Origin: Alphaproteobacteria bacterium
Lineage (GTDB): Bacteria; Pseudomonadota; Alphaproteobacteria; SMXP01
DNA: 64,000 nt
Direction of reading: 5' to 3'
Assembly (NCBI GenBank): GCA_965214255.1
Contig: OZ243948.1
Coordinates: forward strand, 1,094,225-1,158,224
The position numbers were made by a program, and so were the translations under genes. Of the stretch, positions 1 through 9,823 are shown piece by piece. The stretch's first letter is position 1. Every line of letters begins with the position of its first letter. A model generated the notes under the pieces. The model saw only the letters and a list, made by a program, of their open reading frames with translations, did no database searches and was not told where the DNA came from.

Positions 1-2
1 AG

Positions 3-131
3 AGTGAAGACGTCACCGTCAACGCGTTGAAAGCGGTCAATCCGGGCATGTTCTCCGCCGGATTTGTAGACGATTTCATCAAGTCGCTGATCCGAAAAGC
101 CATCGTTGTTGCGCTTCCGCCACATACGTGA
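3..131 (+). CDS. 3' end of an unidentified CDS entering from the left edge
   Basis: Open frame from base 3 (SEDVTVNALKAVNPGMFSAGFVDDFIKSLIRKAIVVALPPHT) to TGA 129-131 with GC-rich third positions; no recognisable motif. Confidence 0.4.
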   Translation, partial: SEDVTVNALKAVNPGMFSAGFVDDFIKSLIRKAIVVALPPHT

Positions 132-249
132 GTAAGCCCGGCTTGTTCATCGCCCTGCACAGTGAGTAAGAGGCCTTGAGTTTCGGGCGAACTGAAGCAA
201 TGAACCGTGCAACTCCGGACACGGATGCTCCTCATAGCCAGTCGCTGCC

Positions 250-1248
250 TTACTTGAACACGTCAACTCCCTGCCTGTGTGTTATGAGCGCTCGACGCAA
301 TCGACGGATCTCGCTTCCCAGAGCGGTGCCGATCAATTCGATCTGTTCGGGACAAAAGCTCAGGGTCGCGTCACTATCGCTCTCCAATGCTGAAATGATG
401 TCGGGCCGATACCACTCGACCTCGGGAAGGCGCGCGTTCACCCGCGCAAGCGTCGGGGCCAAACGGTCGCACATGGCGCTCTGGCAGGCCGGATCAGGGT
501 AGATTTGGTCCGGCGGCAGTTCCGGCAGCCCGGTACAGAGCGCATCCGAGAGAATCCGGCCGATCTTGCCGATTCGCCTGTTCAGCGCTGCCTGCAAAGC
601 CAATTCCGCACAGGTCATGCCACGATTGATCGTTGGCGCTTGGGGAGGAGTCAGCGTCATAGTCGGCTGCCTCAACCAAGCACAGAGCGGTACGAGCATG
701 GCACGACGGTGCCGATCATAATTCAGGCAGGTCAGCCCAACGTCATTCAGCGACATGAACCTCTCAAGGAACAGCGCGACACGCTCGGGCACACTGTATC
801 TTTCGAAGAAGGCCTCGATCGGGGCACTGCCGCCTCCCCTTTTCAAGTATTGCTGCCACAGCGAAGCCGCGTGGCCTACAGGGTTGCGGATGAAGAGCAA
901 AATCTCAACCCGGTCGAACCCCGCAGCCAGTGCCGCCCGTGGCAGTACGGTGGGATCGTCATACAAGGTGAGCCGGGGAAAGAACTCTTCGGAAGACAGC
1001 ACCGCCCCCGCCCGACAGGCGGCGCGGTTGATCATGCGCAGGCGCTCTTCCAGTTCCTCGACCGGGCTGGTTGCCAGTGCCAGACCATTGCCCTGGCCGA
1101 TCTCAGCCCCCTGTTCGTTCCCGATGCCGTCGAGTATCGGATAGGCTAGGCCGACTGTTTCGAGCGCAACCGCGTTCTCGCGTAACGCCGCCTGTATCCA
1201 GGATGTGCCGGTCTTGCTGTGACCCACATGCAGGTAAAGAACTGACAT
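250..1248 (-). CDS. Sulfotransferase-like P-loop protein
   Basis: N-terminal LYLHVGHSKTGTSWIQ matches the 5'-PSB loop (HIGxxKTGTTxIQ); internal VLSSEEF and FIRNP motifs fit this family. Confidence 0.75.
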   Translation of the reverse strand: MSVLYLHVGHSKTGTSWIQAALRENAVALETVGLAYPILDGIGNEQGAEIGQGNGLALATSPVEELEERLRMINRAACRAGAVLSSEEFFPRLTLYDDPTVLPRAALAAGFDRVEILLFIRNPVGHAASLWQQYLKRGGGSAPIEAFFERYSVPERVALFLERFMSLNDVGLTCLNYDRHRRAMLVPLCAWLRQPTMTLTPPQAPTINRGMTCAELALQAALNRRIGKIGRILSDALCTGLPELPPDQIYPDPACQSAMCDRLAPTLARVNARLPEVEWYRPDIISALESDSDATLSFCPEQIELIGTALGSEIRRLRRALITHRQGVDVFK

Positions 1249-1335
1249 CTCTACGCAAAGAACCTATCAAAACGAAGTCTTCCAGACGAACATTGTACAC
1301 ACTGCCGCGGAGATGGAGCAATCCCTTGTCCTGGT

Positions 1336-1530
1336 TCAGGGCCTATGAAGCTTTAGGGTTGCCCCGGCTGTGTGTCGGGCAAGGTGCGCGGCGGGGGCTT
1401 GCCCGCCAAGGTCTTGGTGCGATCGGTGAAAGCGTCGGTCCATCGGTTGCGCATTACCCGGGGCGCACCCTCCGGGCCCTCCACCGAGGACACGATGGTC
1501 TATGAAGCATCGCGGCTTTATCACCTTATG
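1336..1530 (-). pseudogene. Possible decayed IS3-family transposase C-terminal fragment
   Basis: Translation ...RCFIDHRVL...RRFHRSHQDLGGQAPAAHL resembles the IS3 integrase-core tail (ECLNEHWF...YN..RPHSSLGGxTPA); no DDE core or start codon seen. Confidence 0.3.
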
Positions 1531-1604
1531 CACAGGCAGGCGGAAAACCGTTTGCGCGGTGTGCGACGTTCCGCGCAGCCGCCCCGCGGGCTCCGTGTGC
1601 AGAC

Positions 1605-2912
1605 CTAAACGATGCCCAACAGGCGCGGCAGCGCCAAAGCCAGAGACGGAAAAACCGCCAAAAGCGTCAATCGCGTCAGGTCGGCAATGAGAAAAGGCAC
1701 GATGCCGGCATAAATCTGCTTCAGCGATATGTTGTCCGCCGCCCCACGTATGACGAACACGTTCAACCCGATGGGCGGCGTGATCATGCCCACTTCCATG
1801 ACCATGACCATCATGACGCCCCACCAAACCGGGTCGTATCCCAAATCCAGCACGAGAGGAAAGACGAAAGGCAAAGTTATGACCATGGCCGCCACCGTGT
1901 CGAAGACACTGCCGAGAACGATATAGACTAGCATCAGCAAAAATATGACAGCCAAAGGCGGTAAGGCGCTATTTCGGATCACGTCGACAACGGCGCCGGG
2001 CCCGCCGCTCAACGATATGAAATACGAGAAGATCGAGGCGCCGATGAGGATTACGAATATGAGGCAGGTGTTGCCTGCAGCCTCCATCAGGGACTCGACG
2101 AAAAGAGAGCGCGTCATCCGACCCGAGACGAGCGCCATGACGAGCGCGATGCTGGCGCCCACCGAGGCCGCTTCGCTTACCGTGAACAAGCCCGTATAGA
2201 TTCCGCCGGATACGGCAACCGCCAACACGATGACCCGCCACGAAGCGATGAGGTAGGCAATACGTTCGCGCCAATCGAGCCGTGGACCCGGCGGTCCCGC
2301 TTCAGGCCTGAGCCTTACGAAGAGTTCGACAGCGGCAACATAGAGAACGACGGCAATCACGCCCGGCAACAGAGCCGCGGCGAAAAGCGCGACAATGAAT
2401 TGCTCGGTGAGCACGGCGTAAAGCACCATGATCACCGACGGAGGAATGAGAATGCCCAGCGTGCCGCCCGACGCGATCGACCCGCTCGCGAGTTGAGGCG
2501 AATATCCCCGCGCACGCATTTCCGGCAGAGCGACCCGGGCCATGGTCGCCGTGGTGGCGATGGACGAGCCGCAAACAGCCCCGAAGCCGGCACAGCCAAG
2601 TATGGTCGCCGTCGACAAGCCCCCCGGACGATGACCGATAAGACCGTAAGCCAAGCGAAACACATCCGCCGACAAGCCCGCGACGTTCGCGAAACTGCCC
2701 ATCAGCAGGAAAATCGCGATGACGGCCAGATTCTCATTCGAGATGGCGGACGAAACTTCCGTCGCGAACAAGGTTGCGGCCGGGCCGAAGCCGATGAGAG
2801 CGCCCACCCCGATGACGCCGGCAACCGCCATGGACACGCCAATGGGCACTTGTAGCGCGATGAGCAAGAACATGGCGCCAAAGCCAACGAGTCCTAAAAG
2901 AATTGGATCCAT
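1605..2912 (-). CDS. dctM: TRAP transporter large permease
   Basis: 435 aa polytopic protein with GSSIATTATM, GGTLGILIPPS and GMITPPIGLNVFV signatures; downstream of dctQ/dctP. Confidence 0.95.
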   Translation of the reverse strand: MDPILLGLVGFGAMFLLIALQVPIGVSMAVAGVIGVGALIGFGPAATLFATEVSSAISNENLAVIAIFLLMGSFANVAGLSADVFRLAYGLIGHRPGGLSTATILGCAGFGAVCGSSIATTATMARVALPEMRARGYSPQLASGSIASGGTLGILIPPSVIMVLYAVLTEQFIVALFAAALLPGVIAVVLYVAAVELFVRLRPEAGPPGPRLDWRERIAYLIASWRVIVLAVAVSGGIYTGLFTVSEAASVGASIALVMALVSGRMTRSLFVESLMEAAGNTCLIFVILIGASIFSYFISLSGGPGAVVDVIRNSALPPLAVIFLLMLVYIVLGSVFDTVAAMVITLPFVFPLVLDLGYDPVWWGVMMVMVMEVGMITPPIGLNVFVIRGAADNISLKQIYAGIVPFLIADLTRLTLLAVFPSLALALPRLLGIV

Positions 2913-3496
2913 CAGGCCGGACCGTCGCGGGGCGGTGCACCGACGTCTTTGTCGATCAACTCATCGGTATCGGCCAATGGCTGCTCGTCGACAACAATGG
3001 TCAGAGTCATCAACTCGTAAAATCGGGCAGCGGCCATCCATGCCTGAACCGGCAAACAGGTGAGCAGGATTGCCGTAGTGATCCACCACCACGGCGCGAC
3101 GGGCATGAGAATTGTGGACGTGACACGGCCGCTCTGCTGATAGTCCAGCGTCATCAAAACGATCTGATAGCCGATGAGCGCGAACACGACCAGGGTGACG
3201 AGTGCAGCCAGGAAATTGAGCAAAGCCTTGACCCGCCCGCCAAGCCCATCACCCAGGAATGTTACCGCGACATTTTGGTTGTGAAGAAGCCCGGCCGGGA
3301 AACAACTCGCTATCACAAGAGCATAAAACACTTCGCCGAAATCGCCGAACCCGGGAATCCGCGGTAACAAAAAATGTCGTGACACCGCGTCGACCATGGT
3401 CATCAGTCCGATGATCACGAGGCCCGTGAAGCCGAGAACGGCAACCGCGCGGGTCAGTCGATCCAACGCCTGACGCTGCTTCAAAAGCACGTTCAT
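2912..3496 (-). CDS. dctQ: TRAP transporter small permease
   Basis: 194 aa with 4 hydrophobic segments; stop overlaps the dctM start. Confidence 0.9.
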   Translation of the reverse strand: MNVLLKQRQALDRLTRAVAVLGFTGLVIIGLMTMVDAVSRHFLLPRIPGFGDFGEVFYALVIASCFPAGLLHNQNVAVTFLGDGLGGRVKALLNFLAALVTLVVFALIGYQIVLMTLDYQQSGRVTSTILMPVAPWWWITTAILLTCLPVQAWMAAARFYELMTLTIVVDEQPLADTDELIDKDVGAPPRDGPA

Positions 3497-3601
3497 ATCG
3501 CGCCTTGATCAACCCGAACGAGACGACCGGCCCAAGCGACGACGTAGCGAACATGCCCGCGGCGGGCAGGAGGCGCAGCTACGAGCGCCCACGGACGGCG
3601 G

Positions 3602-4600
3602 TCAGAGTTCGGCGCGCAATTCCTGCAGCGTTGCAACAAACAAGTCATAGGCCTCCCGCCCTTTCGGAGTATCCGCGATCCAGTCGTCGTGGACCCGCCT
3701 GACGCGCTCAAAGCTGTTGGAATTCTCGGCCGCGCTTGGCACAAACAAGGTGTGCCTTCCGGCACTCTCGATTTCCGATCTTATGCCGTCCGCCATTCTG
3801 TCATAGGCGCGACCGGCGCGCCGTGCCAAAGCCTCTCCTCCATGACGCATCATGACGTCGCGTGTTTCAGGACCGAGTCCTTCCCATTTCCTTTTGTTGA
3901 CCAGCAACATGAACGGAATGAGCCCGACCGGCGCTTCATAAGCGGCTCTCGTCAGTTCCTCGGTTCGAAACGTGCGCATACCGGTCCAGGCTTGAATCAT
4001 ACCGTCGATCGTGCCGCGCTGAATCGCTTCGTTGGTTTCGATCGCGGTCAGGGTTTGGGGAATGCCGCCCAGAGCTTGAACGAAACGCGCCTGCACGGCG
4101 CCTGCCGTGCGGATGCGCAGGTCGCGCAAGCCGTCAAGTGAAGTGATCGGCAAGCTCATTTGAAGGGCGGCAACATCGGTGGTCCATATGCCGATGACGT
4201 GGACGGCGACATCACCGTCGATCAGGCCGGCCGCCTGAAGACGCCACGCCCCTACGGAAGCTTCGGTCGCGTTCTCCGCCAGAAAAGGCAGTTCGGTAAT
4301 TTGGATCTGCGGAAAGACGCCCGGCGTGTAGCCCGGCAACACCCAAGCCGTGTCGAGAACGCCGTTCTTGACGAGATCGAGTTGCGCTACGGGGTCGCGC
4401 CCCAATGAGCCACCCCAAAATTCGCGAATTGTCATGCCGTCGCCCAAGTCGGATTTGACGGCTTCGATCCATGGTTTGAGAACCAACTGCACGCCGACGG
4501 ATTGCTCGGGCACGTAGGTGCCGATCCTCAGAGTATCGGCCTGAACCGAAGACACGGTAAGCAATACGAAAATGCTTGGCCACATACGCCCCAAGACCAT
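3602..4600 (-). CDS. dctP: TRAP substrate-binding protein
   Basis: Signal peptide, GGSLG, YTPGVFP...ELPF, LRIRT and AIQRGTIDG motifs; operon context. Confidence 0.92.
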   Translation of the reverse strand: MVLGRMWPSIFVLLTVSSVQADTLRIGTYVPEQSVGVQLVLKPWIEAVKSDLGDGMTIREFWGGSLGRDPVAQLDLVKNGVLDTAWVLPGYTPGVFPQIQITELPFLAENATEASVGAWRLQAAGLIDGDVAVHVIGIWTTDVAALQMSLPITSLDGLRDLRIRTAGAVQARFVQALGGIPQTLTAIETNEAIQRGTIDGMIQAWTGMRTFRTEELTRAAYEAPVGLIPFMLLVNKRKWEGLGPETRDVMMRHGGEALARRAGRAYDRMADGIRSEIESAGRHTLFVPSAAENSNSFERVRRVHDDWIADTPKGREAYDLFVATLQELRAEL

Positions 4601-4779
4601 GGTCTCATCCTTTCATCCGAACGACCGTTCACCTTCATGGCCTGCGCCGGAGCCGAATCTCGGACGCATTCCAACAAGCACCGATACCAAATCCTGAAAG
4701 ATCCGCCAAATTGCAAGCACGCGGGGCGGCCGCAGAAAGCGTCGCGGACAAGTTCGACGATCAATTCCTGAACCAACTT

Positions 4780-6828
4780 TCATTCGTCCGCCAAATCCGG
4801 CGGTAACGCATAGGCGATCAACGCATCGCCGAGCTTGGTTCCGGCAATCGCGTTGCCCCCAGCGGCAATCACCACATATTGCCGCCCCAGCGGGCCCGCC
4901 TCAAATGTCATCGGCACCGCCATGCCGGGAGCCGGAAGCTGCGCCGCCCACAGTTCCTCGCCCGTCTCACTGTCGAAAGCGCGAAACCTGGAATCGAAGG
5001 TCGCCGCAATGAAGGTCACGCCGCCGCCGGTGGACATCGGACCGCCGACATTGGGCGACCCCCAAGTGGTCGGCGTCGAAAACGGACCGATCGAAACGCT
5101 GCCCAAGGGCACCCGCCAACGGATCTTGCCGGTTTTGAGATCAAGCGCGGTCAACTCACCCCAAGGAGGAGAAATGCAAGGCACGCCCAACGGCGAGACA
5201 AAAAACTCACCTTCGAGCCGATAAGGTGTTCCGTACATGGGTTGATTGAGAAAGTCAGTCGGCGCCGACCTGCCTTCCCGATCATCCTCCGCCGGAACCA
5301 ATTTCATGATCGTCGCGATATTTTGCGCCTTGACTATGAGCAAATGACGCTCAGGATCGAACGCGGCGCCGCCCCAATTGCCGCCGCCGAGCGCCGAGGG
5401 AAAAATCAAAGACCCGGTCAGACTCGGCGGCGTATACATGCCGTCGTAACGCAAGCCCGCCATTTTATTGCGGCACCAGGCCCGATCGAACACGGTCAAT
5501 CCCCACACATCGGCGGGGGCAAGATTCTGTCGCGCGAACGGTTCGGGCAAAGCGGGGACTGGCTGGGTAGCCGAAGAGACTTCGCCCGGCACATCCGTTT
5601 GAGGAACGCTCACCTCGGAGAGCGGAAACAGCGGCTCTCCGGTGTAACGTTGAAAGACGAACGCATAACCCATTTTGGTGATCTGGATCACCGCCGGCAC
5701 AAGGGCTCCGTCTTTGGGTACATCGACAAGAATCGGCTGAGCCGGCAGATCATAATCGAACAGATCGTGGTGAACGATCTGGTAGTGCCAGACAACTTCG
5801 CCCGTCTCCGCATTGAGCACTACGAGAGCGTTGGCGTAGGGGATCGGTGCGGTCCGATGGCCGCCATAGGGATCGACGCTCGGACTCGAAGTGGGCAAAA
5901 ATACCAGACTCGCTTCCGCATCGACGGAGAACGGAGTCCAAACATTGGCCGCGCCGGTTTTGTCGCTGAGTTCTTCCGGAATGGGATTGAAGTTCCAAAG
6001 CTCTTCGCCGGAGCGCGCGTCGAAGGCGCGCACGATCCCGTCAGGCGTTTCCGCTTGCAGGTTGTCTATGACACCGGCGCCGACAATCAGACTGTTCTTG
6101 TAAATGACCGGCGGAGACGTAAGGCCGACACGCCCGGCACCCCGATAATCATAATCATTGAGGCGGATATACCCTCGGCCGCCAAAGTCCGCACATATGT
6201 CACCCGTATCACCGTCGAGCGCAAATATGCGACCGGAATAATCGGTCTTGTAGATGCGCTTGGTGCACACCGCATCGAGAGCCGGCGCGGACGCTTCCCA
6301 ATAAGCCACGCCGCGGCAGTGAAGCGAGACCGGATCCTCGTCCAAAAGCTCGGCATAGGGATCGAAAGCCCAAATCTCCTCGCCGGTTTCCGGGTTAAGA
6401 GCCAAAACCCGGTTGAGAGGCGTGCACACATAAAGAAGATCATTCGCAAAAATTGGCGTGACTTCGAGGCTCGTGGGCCCCGTGGGCGAATCGGGCTCCG
6501 CGACGTCGCCGCTGTGATGAACCCATGCCATTTCAAGCGTCGAGACATTGTTCCGATCGATTTGACTTAACGGCGAATATTGGCCGCCCCCGGGTGCACC
6601 GCCGTAAGAGGACCAGTGATGGTCGTCGGCAAATGCCGGACAGGCCGCGTCAGAGAGCATCGCGACGACGACAAGTGCCAAGGGAAAGCGCCAAGTCAAA
6701 CGCCCTGACCGGTCTTCTCTCCGGCGACGACAGAGAGCAAAAGCATGGCAAAACGACAGGTGAGCTGGCATTTCGGAATTTCGCCTTTTCCCAATGCGGT
6801 GCCGAATTCGGCGGACTTGAAACATCAC
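4780..6828 (-). CDS. PQQ-dependent dehydrogenase (glucose/quinate/shikimate family, no N-terminal membrane domain); true start probably downstream of 6828
   Basis: WSSYGG..GGGQYSPLSQI, CRGVAYW, QIVHHDLFDYD, GGGNWGG, PPWGELTALDL and YVVIAAGG beta-propeller motifs. Confidence 0.92.
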   Translation of the reverse strand: MMFQVRRIRHRIGKRRNSEMPAHLSFCHAFALCRRRREDRSGRLTWRFPLALVVVAMLSDAACPAFADDHHWSSYGGAPGGGQYSPLSQIDRNNVSTLEMAWVHHSGDVAEPDSPTGPTSLEVTPIFANDLLYVCTPLNRVLALNPETGEEIWAFDPYAELLDEDPVSLHCRGVAYWEASAPALDAVCTKRIYKTDYSGRIFALDGDTGDICADFGGRGYIRLNDYDYRGAGRVGLTSPPVIYKNSLIVGAGVIDNLQAETPDGIVRAFDARSGEELWNFNPIPEELSDKTGAANVWTPFSVDAEASLVFLPTSSPSVDPYGGHRTAPIPYANALVVLNAETGEVVWHYQIVHHDLFDYDLPAQPILVDVPKDGALVPAVIQITKMGYAFVFQRYTGEPLFPLSEVSVPQTDVPGEVSSATQPVPALPEPFARQNLAPADVWGLTVFDRAWCRNKMAGLRYDGMYTPPSLTGSLIFPSALGGGNWGGAAFDPERHLLIVKAQNIATIMKLVPAEDDREGRSAPTDFLNQPMYGTPYRLEGEFFVSPLGVPCISPPWGELTALDLKTGKIRWRVPLGSVSIGPFSTPTTWGSPNVGGPMSTGGGVTFIAATFDSRFRAFDSETGEELWAAQLPAPGMAVPMTFEAGPLGRQYVVIAAGGNAIAGTKLGDALIAYALPPDLADE

Positions 6829-7009
6829 ATCCTCCCCACTTCACCGGGCCGGGCAAGTCGGCTCAGACTAACCCATCGAGGCCCGGTTGCATTCATGCAA
6901 TAGGAGCCGTTCCCCGTGACGAAATCGTAAAATTGCAACCGTCCACCTATTGGATTTTCACCTGAAACGCTGCTATGGTTTCGTGGCGACTTTCAGCGGG
7001 GGTAAATCC

Positions 7010-9748
7010 ATGAATATGAAGAAGCTGCTCGGCGGCCTTTTGGCCGCTACGATTCTTGCCCTTCCGGCAACGATCATCCCGGCAAGCAAAGGCTGGGGCC
7101 AAGTCGAGGTCATTACGGTGACCAGCCGGAGACGGGAAGAAACCTTACAGGATATTCCGCTGTCGGTGACCGCATTTGGAGAAATCGACATTGAGCAAAA
7201 GGGCATCACCAATGTCCGCGACATCGCCAAGCTGACGTCCGGTCTGACGTTCGATCTCGGCTTTGCACCGCAGGACACGCGCCCAACCATTCGGGGCATC
7301 CCGTCAACGCGCGGGCGGCCGCCGACAGGCATCCTGGTTGACGGCACGGACGTCTCAAGCGAATCACTGCAAACTGCCGGCGGCAGCATGTTGATGAACC
7401 TCCGCCTTGCCGACATTGAGCGGGTCGAGGTGGTCAAAGGCCCGCAAAGCGCGCTTTATGGGCGCACGGCTTTCAATGGCGCCATCAACTATGTGACACG
7501 GCAGCCCGGCGACGAGTTCAGCGCCGATCTAAGCGGCGATTTCGGTAATCACAACAGGCTCATCGTCAAAGGCGGCGTTGAAGGGCCCGTTCTTCAGGAT
7601 CTGCTGAACGTTCGCGTTTACGGCGCATGGGGCAGAGACGACGGCGGCAATTTCCGCAACACGGTCACTGGCGAGAAAATCAACGGCTGGGAAGGCTGGG
7701 GCGCGAACATGAGCGCCGTCTTCACGCCCACTGAGACGCTCGAATTCATCGCACGGGTAGCATACGCGGAAGACGAGTACGAATCCCGCGCAGTGTCGAC
7801 CTATTCGTTCGCCAACGGATCGGCCGTACGCATTCCCGTACCCGTCATTGCGAATGAGGCTGGCGTAACGACGAGCACGTCGGCTTCTGCGCCTCCGATC
7901 GGCACACTGGTGCATCCCGCTCCGATCACGTTGAGCCCGGACCCGTTACGGCCCGGCTATCAGGACTTCAGGGGCTCGACCCTTGACACGGTCATGGCGA
8001 ATGTGAGAGCGACATGGGACGGCGACTTGTTCGACATCAAATCCTGGACCGCATACACCCACGGAGAGAGCATCCAGGAGGTGGATACCGACCGCATCGG
8101 TCTGCCCGGCGTGCCGTGCGGCACAGGGTGCATTCCCGGCGGCAGCGGCAGCGGCGTTCCGTTTTCCCTTTCCGCCGGATTGATTGACGCCACGGACCTC
8201 ATCGAACCGTTGGCGCCCGGAGCGCCCTTCAGCGGCGCCTCGACACTCAGACAGAATATCGAGACCGATATCTTCAGCCAGGAACTTCGTTTCGAGAACT
8301 TCGACGAAGAAAATATGCTCCGATGGGCCGTCGGCGGTCTGTTCTGGACGGAGGATCACGACCAAACGGACCAAAATACGGCAGCGATATTCATCAATGT
8401 AGCCGGCTTGTTGGGAGGCATTGGATCGGAATTCGCAAACACGAGATTGATCGCCGCCGGCCATCCGGGGTTCAGAGCTATCGGGCGCACAGGCGAGAAC
8501 GAACTCGTGGCAGGCTCGCTCGCGCCCAAGCCGGCGATGCGGAAAACCGACCATTACTCCCTTTACGGCACCTTCGAGTGGGACGCCATAGACAATCTGA
8601 CTCTCGGCTTTGAGGGACGCTACAACTGGGAGGATTATGACGTTCTGTTCAGCGAACTGGACCCGGTACAAGCCACCCTTATTCCGTTCGGCTCATTCGG
8701 AGCGCCGGGCACTCCGCCGATAGGCCACGATACAAACGGCGGCCCCCCTTTCTATTTGGCAAGCGGTCCGAACGCCAAAGCCTTCGGGACCGTCTTCACC
8801 GCCGGCACGACGGCGGATGAATCCTGGTTCTCCTGGCGCACATATGTGGAGTACGACGCTACCGATTGGTTCAGCGGCTGCGGGTGCGACGATCTCCTGT
8901 CCTACGTCTCGGTGGCCCAAGGCGTGAAGCCCGGCGGTGTATCGAGCTTGAACTTCGACCGCGAACTCAGCCTTGAACAGTTGGTCTTCCTGCCCGAGAA
9001 TTTGCGGGTTTATGAAGGCGGCCTGAAATCGTCATGGTTCGACGGCCAAATCATCGCCAACCTGTCCGCGGGTTACCAGAAGTATACGGACAAGGTGAAT
9101 ACCCAGCAGGCGGTTTTACCGGGTGCTGCCTCACTGCAAACCGTCGTGCGCAACGACGGTGAAGGCCGCGTTTACTTTATCGAGTTCGACGGTGCGTATG
9201 CCCCGAACCAGGCAGTTCTGGGCGGCAGTGTCGTTTTCAACGCGTCCTATACGTATCTCAACACCGAGTATACGGGGTTCATCATTGAGGCGACGCAGAG
9301 CGCGAACGATATCGCACGGGGCGGCAACTGCACGCCGTTCGTCTCGGATTTGCCCGGCGGAACGGGTAATACAAACTTCTGTAAAGTCAGCCTCAACGGC
9401 AACCAATTCGAGCGCCAGCCGAAGCACGGCGTGGTGGGCAGCGTAAACTTTACACGGCCTCTCATGGGTGCAATCGACCTGCTGGCCGCTCTCGACATTC
9501 AGTGGACCGGCGAGCGCTTCCTGACCCATTGGAACCGGTGGACGCTGGAATCCTACGTCAACGTGGATGCGCGGATCGGCTTGCAGTCCGACAACTGGAG
9601 CGTAATCATTTACGGTGAAAACCTCACCGACGACGATACCGTTCGCTCCGCCCAGGAGAACTTCGACTTGTTCTCCTTCGGTACCGCGATTGGTACGTTC
9701 CACACGCGGCCGACGCAGTTCGGTGTGCGGCTCGGCATGAACCTGTAA
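7010..9748 (+). CDS. TonB-dependent receptor
   Basis: Signal peptide from ATG 7010, TonB box EVITVTSRRREE, plug motif DIERVEVVKGPQSALYG, C-terminal barrel strand FGVRLGMNL. Confidence 0.95.
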   Translation: MNMKKLLGGLLAATILALPATIIPASKGWGQVEVITVTSRRREETLQDIPLSVTAFGEIDIEQKGITNVRDIAKLTSGLTFDLGFAPQDTRPTIRGIPSTRGRPPTGILVDGTDVSSESLQTAGGSMLMNLRLADIERVEVVKGPQSALYGRTAFNGAINYVTRQPGDEFSADLSGDFGNHNRLIVKGGVEGPVLQDLLNVRVYGAWGRDDGGNFRNTVTGEKINGWEGWGANMSAVFTPTETLEFIARVAYAEDEYESRAVSTYSFANGSAVRIPVPVIANEAGVTTSTSASAPPIGTLVHPAPITLSPDPLRPGYQDFRGSTLDTVMANVRATWDGDLFDIKSWTAYTHGESIQEVDTDRIGLPGVPCGTGCIPGGSGSGVPFSLSAGLIDATDLIEPLAPGAPFSGASTLRQNIETDIFSQELRFENFDEENMLRWAVGGLFWTEDHDQTDQNTAAIFINVAGLLGGIGSEFANTRLIAAGHPGFRAIGRTGENELVAGSLAPKPAMRKTDHYSLYGTFEWDAIDNLTLGFEGRYNWEDYDVLFSELDPVQATLIPFGSFGAPGTPPIGHDTNGGPPFYLASGPNAKAFGTVFTAGTTADESWFSWRTYVEYDATDWFSGCGCDDLLSYVSVAQGVKPGGVSSLNFDRELSLEQLVFLPENLRVYEGGLKSSWFDGQIIANLSAGYQKYTDKVNTQQAVLPGAASLQTVVRNDGEGRVYFIEFDGAYAPNQAVLGGSVVFNASYTYLNTEYTGFIIEATQSANDIARGGNCTPFVSDLPGGTGNTNFCKVSLNGNQFERQPKHGVVGSVNFTRPLMGAIDLLAALDIQWTGERFLTHWNRWTLESYVNVDARIGLQSDNWSVIIYGENLTDDDTVRSAQENFDLFSFGTAIGTFHTRPTQFGVRLGMNL

Positions 9749-9775
9749 TTTTTATAATCCCACGACCTGAATACG

Positions 9776-9810
9776 GCCCTCTCCCGATGTTTCGGGAGGG
9801 GGTTTTCTTT
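9776..9810 (+). terminator. Rho-independent terminator after the TonB receptor
   Basis: GCCCTCTCCCGA-TGTT-TCGGGAGGGGGT hairpin followed by TTTCTTT. Confidence 0.75.
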
Positions 9811-9823
9811 GAGTGCGGACCGG

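Noticed and set aside
128-173. GTGAGTAAG direct repeat
   Set aside because: Only two 9-bp copies; compatible with chance.
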